From contig CAVYXJ010000013.1 of assembly GCA_963772455.1 (NCBI GenBank), forward strand, positions 83,163 to 147,162: a stretch of 64,000 bases of DNA. The letters run 5' to 3'. A program made the position numbers and the translations under genes. Of this stretch, positions 56,480-64,000 are shown piece by piece; within the stretch, counting starts at the first letter, position 1, and the number at the start of each line of letters is the position of its first letter. The notes beneath the pieces are model-generated. The model saw only the letters and a list, made by a program, of their open reading frames with translations. It was not told where the DNA came from and searched no databases. Source of the DNA: Candidatus Bathyarchaeota archaeon (lineage in GTDB: Archaea; Thermoproteota; Bathyarchaeia; Bathyarchaeales; Bathycorpusculaceae).

Positions 56480-57770
56480 TTACTTTCTTTTTTCTTGGAT
56501 TATTTCAAGGAATGCTTCAATTCTGGTTTTTATCTGCTCGGAATCACCCATTGCATAGTCAGTTTCAATCTTTAGCATCGGCAAACTTATCGCCTTTAAT
56601 GCACGGTCTACTTTGACGCCTTCAACGTTGTAGTCGTGGCAGTTCTGCAACGTGTAATAGATTACGCCTTCTGCTTTGAATTGCTTAGCCAGCTCTATTA
56701 CACTTTTTATGCGTGCATCGTTGGGTGTGAAGCATGCACAGGGTATCTGGCTGTATTTTTCAACCATAGCCCAGAGCAAATCGTTTAAGCTGTCACCTTT
56801 CGGTTCAACCAAGTTAGTAAAGTAACGTGTGCCTACGCAACTCTCCTCAACAATCACTGAAGCACCAGCCGCTTGAGCGATGCTGTGGACTTTCCAATTG
56901 GGAATCGCCATAGGGCAGCCAGAAATCATAACTCTTGGCGCATCTTTCGCTGTGACACCTATGCCTTTGTGTACCCGTTCGTCAAGTTCGTCGCAGAGTT
57001 CGTTGACTTTTGTGGTGAAGCGTTTTACGTCGTCGTTGAAGCTGATTTGGAAAATCAGTAACGCATCTAATCCGCTGATGGGCGATGGGTTGTTGGCGCG
57101 CAAGTCGGATAAACGTTTGAGGGCTTTTCGTTTGTTGTTGATTAATTCGATGGATTCTTTTAGTTTTTCGGCGGTTATTTTGTTGCCTGTAACTTCTTCA
57201 AGTTTGGTTTTGAATGCTTCAAGTTCTTTGTACCAGAATTCTTTGCCTTGTCGTGTATCTGGTTTATGAGGAACCTCTAAAACATAGGTTGGAATAAGTT
57301 CGTTTAGTAGTTCGTAAACTTTCTTTTTGCCATCGCAGGTTGTTTCTCCAACCACAAGGTCGCTTGACTGAAAGTAGGGGCAAGTTTTGTTTAGTCTAAA
57401 GCCGTAGAACGATTTTATCAAGGGGCAGAGGTTTCTTGGCAAAATTGCTTCTGCGTCTGGAACTGAGAAGTCTGCTCCACCGCACAACCCAACCATGGTT
57501 GCGTCTGCCGCGTAAGCTAGTCTCTTCTGGCGCGTAAATGCAGAATGCACCAATGACTTTTTTGCCTTTTGCTCTGAGGTCGTTGAGTTCTTTGATTCGT
57601 AACCCGTGGATTTCTGAGACGACAAAGTCGAAGTAACCCATTCCTTTAGGTCGGTTCTTCTGTGTTAGGTATAAGGCTCCGTAGTATTGTCCTAAGATGC
57701 CAAGGAGTTGGTTATGTTTTTCAATATCCATTCCGAGAGATTTCCACATTTCTACATATTTTTCTGCCAT
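56480..57770 (-). CDS. Double-cubane-cluster protein (DCCP, 2-hydroxyacyl-CoA dehydratase superfamily); +1 frameshift at ~57521
   Basis: EIHGLRIKEL, FCIYAPEE, GLCGG, NLCPLIKS, ETTCDGKKK, SGCP, EESCVG, PCACF, QNCH. Confidence 0.8.
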
Positions 57771-57854
57771 AGCAATCACATGCCAATGATGAGCGTATTG
57801 AAAATTCTAATTATTAAAATTATTGATAAATATTATTAGAAATATTGATTGAGG

Positions 57855-58089
57855 CTAGCGTTTTTTAACTAAAACCTTAAACTCAGCGGCAGACTTCGAA
57901 TGCTTCAACCACTTCATGACCATTATTCTTAACCCAACGCTGAATGTTATCAAACTCCAACTCACCCTCACCAACAACCTCCAACAACTGTCCAGCAACC
58001 ATCGTCTCAAGCTTACGCTTCGTAAACACCACTGGCATGGGACACATTTTGCCCTTAACATCCAACTTTTCAATTTCCAAAAACGTCAC
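57855..58089 (-). CDS. tusA: TusA/SirA-family sulfur carrier; +1 frameshift at ~57900
   Basis: LDVKGKMCPMPVV (CPxP), DNIQRWVKNNGH. Confidence 0.85.
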
Positions 58090-58439
58090 TAGAACACTAT
58101 TACTTTGTCACTATTAACTGTCCATTCAACGAGTTCATGAACAGTCGCGATTTTTACCCCGTCGAAGAGGTCGGCTTGATTTAAGCCACGTGCTTCAACG
58201 CAGACCACGCAGGCTTTAACTTCGACACCGCCTTGAATGAGATTTTCAAGATTTTGGCCGTAGTTGATTAAGCCTTGAGCGGGTTTTTGACCTTTTTTTG
58301 CGAGGTAGACACCGTTTTCGAACAGCCAGATTTTTACTTTGTGGCCTTCTATGTCGCAGGTTGCGGCGAATCGTAGAGCTGACATTGCGCGTTCTTTTGC
58401 GTATGGGGCTTCGTTTATTATTATTGTGAAGGTGACCAT
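58089..58439 (-). CDS. DsrE-family sulfur relay protein
   Basis: NEAPY..ALRFA, LFENGVY, ACVVCVEARG, SDKVIVF. Confidence 0.85.
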   Translation of the reverse strand: MVTFTIIINEAPYAKERAMSALRFAATCDIEGHKVKIWLFENGVYLAKKGQKPAQGLINYGQNLENLIQGGVEVKACVVCVEARGLNQADLFDGVKIATVHELVEWTVNSDKVIVF

Positions 58440-58559
58440 ATCATCCAACCTTAATTTTCCTGATAGAGAATTATTAAAAAAACTAATATAAGCATTTTCT
58501 AAAACAAAAAGCAAATATCACAACAACCTCTAAGAAGCTTACACAGAGGCACAAAATTC

Positions 58560-59494
58560 GTGGACACCATAAGGTTCGATTACCTCAACACCTTCCTCAC
58601 AGTTGCCAGAACACGCAGCTTCTCAGTGGCAGCTAAAGAACTTAAAACCAGCCAAGGCACAGTAAGCCACCATGTAGCCGCATTAGAAGAGTATTTTGAC
58701 GCTGAACTCTTCAAACGCACAGCAAATGGCGTAGAAGTTACCGAAGCCGGAGCCACCCTAAAAGAAACCGCGGAAAAAATACTTCAGCAAGCCCAAGATG
58801 CAAAAACCAAAATCTCCATGGCAAAACATAATTTGTCAGGTACTATAAGAATTGCTGCAAGCACCATCCCAGAAGAACATATAATCCCAAGTTTAACCGC
58901 TGAATTCCAAAAAAAATATCCAGACGTAAAATTCAGGATAAAAGCAGAAGATAGCCTAAACAGCCTAAGAAGCCTACAAGCTAACGACGCTGATTTTGCG
59001 GCTGTGGGTACAATTTGGGGTTTTGAAGAAAAATTCAGTTATCTCCAGATTGGTGAAGAGCAATTGGTTCTCATTGTGCCTTGTAACCACCAGTTAGCCA
59101 AACATAAAATTGTCAATCTAAACACGATCTTAACTTTCCCATTCGTAAGTCGTGAAGAAACTTCTGGAACAAGACTGGAAATCGAGCAGTTTACTGGAAC
59201 AAAACAATCTCCATTCCCAGCAGTTGCGGGTGACGTTGGAGCTTGGAAGCACAGAATCAGTAATAACAGCTGTTTCAGAAGGCAGAGGCATAAGCATAAT
59301 CTCCTCAATCGCCGCAACAAAAGCCCAAGCAGCAGGTTTGGCTGAAAATAGTTGCAATTGAAGAAGCAAAAAACTGTCGAAAACTCTACATCGTCAGACC
59401 AAAAAAGTCTCTTCTAAAGACATCTGAGGCTTTCTGGGAATTCTGCAAAAAATACAAATTCAAAAACGAAGCAATTACCTGCTCTTCAACTTAA
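58560..59494 (+). CDS. LysR-family regulator; +1 frameshifts at ~59191 and ~59340
   Basis: SFSVAAKEL..SQGTVSHHV..LEEYF..LFKR; AASTIP; REETSGTR; GSTESV..AVSEG. Confidence 0.85.
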
Positions 59495-59501
59495 AACTAT
59501 T

Positions 59502-59825
59502 TTACTCTTCGTCAAGTTTAACCCAGATTTTTCCCGATTCAACCTTCCACTTAAACATGACTAGCTTCATTGACGGTGCGTCTTCGTACTCTCCAGTTTC
59601 CAAGCTGAAGCGCCAATCATGGCAAGGACAAATAATTACCAATCCATCAAGAGATCCGCCTAAAAAGCCACATGCCATATGGGGACAACGGTTATCGATA
59701 ACAAAAATTTTTCCTTGTTGCTTAATGAACAAAAGTGGTATACCCTCAAAAGGTACAAGCTTCATTTTACCTTCTTCCAATTCATTTTCATCTAAAACAG
59801 GTACAAATTCTTCTTGATTATCCAT
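59502..59825 (-). CDS. Rieske [2Fe-2S] ferredoxin
   Basis: RCPHMAC..ICPCHDWRF. Confidence 0.9.
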   Translation of the reverse strand: MDNQEEFVPVLDENELEEGKMKLVPFEGIPLLFIKQQGKIFVIDNRCPHMACGFLGGSLDGLVIICPCHDWRFSLETGEYEDAPSMKLVMFKWKVESGKIWVKLDEE

Positions 59826-60031
59826 TTCTATTTTCTCCTAAACGATGCCTAATTTCCAATATGTATTTGGCGTTGGTATTATTTTAGGAGAACTGCTAAG
59901 TTACTGATAATTGGAAAGCAAGAATATAGCTCTCCAACAACCACAACAACCAAACAAAAATAGCTAAACTCAAAAACCAAAAAATATACATAAACAAACT
60001 TAATTGGTTGAACACTCTACATTTTAAAACA

Positions 60032-60873
60032 ATGTTCCAAATCAAATTAATGCGCCCTAAAGATTTCGTTTTTGCTGCAGAATTAGCGAATACTATGAAT
60101 TGGAATATGGCAATCGAAGATTTTCAATTCTTGACTTATCTTGAACCAGGCGGCTGTTTTGTCCTTTTTGATGATTCGCAACCCATTGGCATTGCCACAT
60201 GCAATAGTTATGGCAAAGTCGGTTGGTTTGGGAATCTCATAGTCAAAGAAGAATATCGAAGCAAAGGCGCTGGAAGCCAACTTGTGAAACACGCAATCGA
60301 CTATTTACATGGCAAAGGTGTTGAAACCATCGGATTATACGCTTACCCAAACCTCGTTCAATTCTACAGTAACTTGGGCTTTCGATATGATGAAGATTTT
60401 TCTGTACTACATGCACCAGCTCTCAAAGTCAATGTCCGCTGAAGCTCTGTCCAGCGATAGGAGCTAAAAATATCCAGCAAATAGCGCGGTTTGACTGTAG
60501 ATGCTTCGGTGGTGATAGAAGAAAACTTCTTGAATCAATCATCCTTGAACAAGGCAACTTGAGCTATTACGTTTCTAAGGATGCCGAGATAACTGGATAC
60601 GTGGCCGCTACAGTTTACGGGACAATGGCTTGGGTTGGACCCTTGGTGTGCCAAGAAGGCAGCGTTGACGCCGTTATTACGCTGATTAAAGCGGTTCTAA
60701 GCAAGTTAACTGGTTTGAGTGTTTACGTAGCATTGCCTAAAAAAGAGATTACTATCATATCCACTCTTTCTTTGGCAGGCTTTAAAGAAGATTTTTCTGT
60801 TGCAAGAATGTTTTTAGGACCAAGTATCGCAAAAAATTGTATATACTTGGCTGAATCTCTAGAACGAGGATAA
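60032..60873 (+). CDS. GNAT acetyltransferase with second degenerate GNAT-like domain; +1 frameshifts at ~60426 and ~60450
   Basis: GWFGNLIVKEEYRSKGAG..YSNLGF; DCRCFGGDRRKLL; WVGPLV. Confidence 0.8.
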
Positions 60874-60875
60874 TT

Positions 60876-62237
60876 ATGGAAGATTATTGCAGACTTTTAC
60901 TTGAGGATTTTTTGAAAACTTCCTTTCCAACCGTCAAGGTTCTAGTTGATGGCGCCATTGCCTCAAAGGGACAGAATAGCAATCGGAAAGTTACTTTGTT
61001 TCGATATGTTAATGGAAAAAAAATTTCATTTACTTTCTCAGATAGCCGATTCTATTTACGAGGTTCAGTTGAATATACTAACCCGCAATTAACGGTGGAG
61101 GAAGTTCAAGGAATTATAGGAACACGACTGCTTGAAACCTGCGCTAATTACTTCTACGAACACGGTTTGCGTGAGCCAAATGACAGTGACATAGTTACTC
61201 TTTCAGAGTTGCTTAAGAAACCAACGCAAGGATTCATCGTACCTTTTCTACTAAACACTGATGATGTAGAAGCTGACCGATACTCGATGAATCCACTCAA
61301 ACAATCAATCGTTGACAGCGGGCAGAGTGCTTTTCCAGCGGCAAATGTTAAAACAAGCGAACTAAAAATTGACGAAGCTTACTGTAAAAAGTACGATGGA
61401 AGCTTAATTTCCCAAAAAGAAGCAGAGCTAATCAAAGAAAGCCTGACAGAAAGTAATGGTTCGTACCTTGACTTAGTAGATTCCGTCAAATATAGTCAAC
61501 TGAAAGATTTGTCAGTATTCTTCGGAATGGATCTCTCACTTTTCACTTTGCGAATGCCGATATCACCTCTGAAAACAGAAACTAAAGATGGATTGTTACA
61601 TTACATAATCAAAGAAAGCAATCACGACTACTCGTCTATAGAAGAGGCATACACGTGTATGGGTCGCAGTTTAAAAAACCGCACAACTCTTCTGACGATA
61701 CCGCATTCTCCTAAAGGATTCGGTTCCAAACGTGCAGCTCGCGGAAAATTACACTTTGAAAACGGCAGATTACTTGATGCAACCATAAAATACAAAACTA
61801 CTCAACTCTACCCAAACGCCATGGATCCTCAAGACATAGCAGTTGCAGTATGTGAAGACAGCTTCTCAGTACCCGGTGAAAAACTTTCAGATTACAGTTA
61901 TTCTGAAACACCTTCTTCACCACAGTTCTTCTTGTATTCGATAGGTTCCCCCGAGGATGCAACATTATGGCATGGAATTGGTGCATTTGCTGCTCCTCAA
62001 TTACTTCAGAGTTATCGCTCTGGACGAATAGCCTGCAGAGAAGGAAAATTAATTAAAAATTTGACTGAAAAATACAATATCAAAATAGATGTTCCCCTAC
62101 AATTTAACCTTGCACCCGAAGGCATATGGAGCCATCCAATACACCGCAACATTGACGCAAGCATTGGCAGCGTACAAGACCTTCCAGATTTGGCGCATCG
62201 AGGAATGAGACTTGAATATCTTCCAACGTTTAAGTAG
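60876..62237 (+). CDS. Hypothetical 453-aa protein
   Basis: Long intact ORF co-oriented with GNAT gene; no family recognised. Confidence 0.75.
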   Translation: MEDYCRLLLEDFLKTSFPTVKVLVDGAIASKGQNSNRKVTLFRYVNGKKISFTFSDSRFYLRGSVEYTNPQLTVEEVQGIIGTRLLETCANYFYEHGLREPNDSDIVTLSELLKKPTQGFIVPFLLNTDDVEADRYSMNPLKQSIVDSGQSAFPAANVKTSELKIDEAYCKKYDGSLISQKEAELIKESLTESNGSYLDLVDSVKYSQLKDLSVFFGMDLSLFTLRMPISPLKTETKDGLLHYIIKESNHDYSSIEEAYTCMGRSLKNRTTLLTIPHSPKGFGSKRAARGKLHFENGRLLDATIKYKTTQLYPNAMDPQDIAVAVCEDSFSVPGEKLSDYSYSETPSSPQFFLYSIGSPEDATLWHGIGAFAAPQLLQSYRSGRIACREGKLIKNLTEKYNIKIDVPLQFNLAPEGIWSHPIHRNIDASIGSVQDLPDLAHRGMRLEYLPTFK

Positions 62238-62252
62238 GAGCAGATTTGCAAT

Positions 62253-62780
62253 TTGACAGCAATAGAATATGCTTTTTTTAAAATCTTGCGGTTGTTTAGA
62301 AAACTCCCTTTTAACATAATAAGTATAGGAAGCCGTAAAGTAATTTTTTCTGAGTACTTCAAAGATTTTGAAAATGTTGAGGCGGTAAAGGGCATTTTTG
62401 GAGATAAGACTCATGAAGTTTTAAGTCATCTTACAGTCGAGATTAGTTGGATTATGGGTTACATGTTCGTAGATGGTTCAGACGGGCATTTGGTTATAAG
62501 CAAAGGTTATCTTAACGAGGGTGACAAAACCGACATTTACCTTGATTTAATTCATGAATTGTGCCATGTTAAACAGTTTATGGAAGGGCGTGAACTTTTC
62601 GACCCACGCTATGATTATGTGGAACGCCCAACGGAAATTGAAGCTTACCGCTACTGTATTCAAGAAGCAAGAAGAATCGGACTTAGCGAAGAGAGAATTT
62701 GTTGCTATCTGAAGACTGAATGGATGAATGACCCCGATTTCAAACGGTTGGCAAAATCTGTAGGCGTCTCATGTTTTTAA
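62253..62780 (+). CDS. Hypothetical HExxH (zincin-like) protein
   Basis: LIHELCHVKQ..PTEIEAY. Confidence 0.7.
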   Translation: MTAIEYAFFKILRLFRKLPFNIISIGSRKVIFSEYFKDFENVEAVKGIFGDKTHEVLSHLTVEISWIMGYMFVDGSDGHLVISKGYLNEGDKTDIYLDLIHELCHVKQFMEGRELFDPRYDYVERPTEIEAYRYCIQEARRIGLSEERICCYLKTEWMNDPDFKRLAKSVGVSCF

Positions 62781-63956
62781 TGCTTCAAGATAAACTTTGA
62801 GCATTTTTTGACTGCAGATCTCCCAAGTAAAGTTTTTGGAGACGAACAATTGTCCATTAGAACCCATTTTTTCTCTAAGCGCCTTATCGGTGAGAAGTTT
62901 TAGTAAAGCATCTGCCAATTCATCAGTGTTTCCCTGATTAACAAGTAAACCTGTTTCTTTATTCAGCACGGTTTCATTGACTCCGCCAATATCAAAAGCA
63001 ACCACGGGTTTAGCTGAAGCCTGTGCTTCCAGAAGAACAATTCCTTGTCCCTCCTGAATAGATGGCAAAACAAAAACATCTGCGCAATTGTAAACTTTTG
63101 GGAGCATGTCGTCTTTGAGGTTACCTATGAACCTGAAATTACCTGAAATGTTGGCGGATTTTACTGAATCATTCAATTGGTTTTTTAGTGGTCCTTCTCC
63201 AACAATCAAAAACTTTGTGTCAGATTGGACTTTGACTACTTTTTTAGCTGCTTCAACCAGAAAAGGGAGACCCTTCCGCGGAATCAGACTACCCACGAAT
63301 AATACGCATGGTTCATTGCCTAAACCAAATTGTTGCCTTACCGTTTTATTATCCATAGGCTTGAATTTTTCTATGTCAACACCGTTTGGAACAATCCGAA
63401 CCTTACTCTGCTCAATCCCATAATATTTCTGAATTTTTTCAAGGGAATAAGTGCTGATTGTAACAACTATTGTAGCGTCTTTGGCTGTTTCCTCTTCCAG
63501 TTTTGAGAGCTTTTCCATAAAATAGTTTGCAGCCCAGCCTCTAATCGAAGGATAGCCGTTTTTCTTTGCTTGCTCATATTCATCGGCCAGAACGCCATGA
63601 ATTGTATGGATGAATGGCTTCTTTATTCTCTGTTTCTTAAGTGATTTAGGAAATCCATATCCACTTACAGCGTGAGCTTCGTAGACATCCGCATTGATTG
63701 CGTTGGCTTTCTTGTTGAGGCTTCGGTTGAAAAACCAATTATCTACAGGGAAAAGAATATCTGTAGAATAACAAGGAACAAATTTCACTCCATTCATGCT
63801 GGTGGGATTTTTAAAACTAGCTTTAGTACCGCTATAAACCGTAATATCTGATTGGTTTTGTATCCGCTTGGTAGTTTCCATTATGCGTCGCTCAACACCC
63901 CCAAAATACAGATGAGGTGGTTGGGTATTGAAGACGGCTAGCGAAAACTTCTCCAT
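62769..63956 (-). CDS. Glycosyltransferase family 4
   Basis: GGVERR, VPNGVD, FVGSLIPRKG, EGQGIVLLEAQASAKPVV. Confidence 0.9.
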   Translation of the reverse strand: MEKFSLAVFNTQPPHLYFGGVERRIMETTKRIQNQSDITVYSGTKASFKNPTSMNGVKFVPCYSTDILFPVDNWFFNRSLNKKANAINADVYEAHAVSGYGFPKSLKKQRIKKPFIHTIHGVLADEYEQAKKNGYPSIRGWAANYFMEKLSKLEEETAKDATIVVTISTYSLEKIQKYYGIEQSKVRIVPNGVDIEKFKPMDNKTVRQQFGLGNEPCVLFVGSLIPRKGLPFLVEAAKKVVKVQSDTKFLIVGEGPLKNQLNDSVKSANISGNFRFIGNLKDDMLPKVYNCADVFVLPSIQEGQGIVLLEAQASAKPVVAFDIGGVNETVLNKETGLLVNQGNTDELADALLKLLTDKALREKMGSNGQLFVSKNFTWEICSQKMLKVYLEALKT

Positions 63957-64000
63957 GCGTTACATCTCGATTTACTGATAAGTGTGGTTTCAGATATAAG

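Noticed and set aside
7682-63423. Numerous 60-140 aa ORFs antisense to or overlapping recognised genes
   Set aside because: Shadow ORFs of well-supported CDSs with no motifs of their own.

Overview
Archaeal chromosomal window, most consistent with Bathyarchaeia (inference: stand-alone 5S rRNA, BHB-intron tRNA-Trp, DUF1512, Fwd/Por/AfpA/Nfn genes, PEF-CTERM surface proteins). Positions 1-7337 look like the right end of an element integrated at tRNA-Ala(GGC). It holds a GC-rich, pseudoknot-capable ~190-nt structure, an RHH/HTH gene, and six co-oriented membrane/surface-protein genes. Five of the six have their own leaderless promoter, and three full copies plus one half copy of a conserved 35-bp tripartite motif mark the junctions. 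The array runs divergently from an N-terminal, integrase-fragment-like ORF that reads antisense through the tRNA, giving an integron-like layout. The rest is core genome: ino1, pgi/pmi, rpl12, SelB-like factor, P-type ATPase, a divergent EF-2, a TFS paralogue, tRNA-Trp/Asn, 5S rRNA, map, trpS, porCDAB, fwdDBAC, Mo/W-cofactor genes, nfnAB. Two uncharacterised clusters stand out: ModE + ECF S-component + Cys-less molybdopterin-fold membrane proteins, and LysR + DsrE-TusA-double-cubane protein-SelD. Thirteen frameshifts are all single-base (+1) insertions and are probably assembly errors. All calls come from motif recognition by eye; no searches were run.
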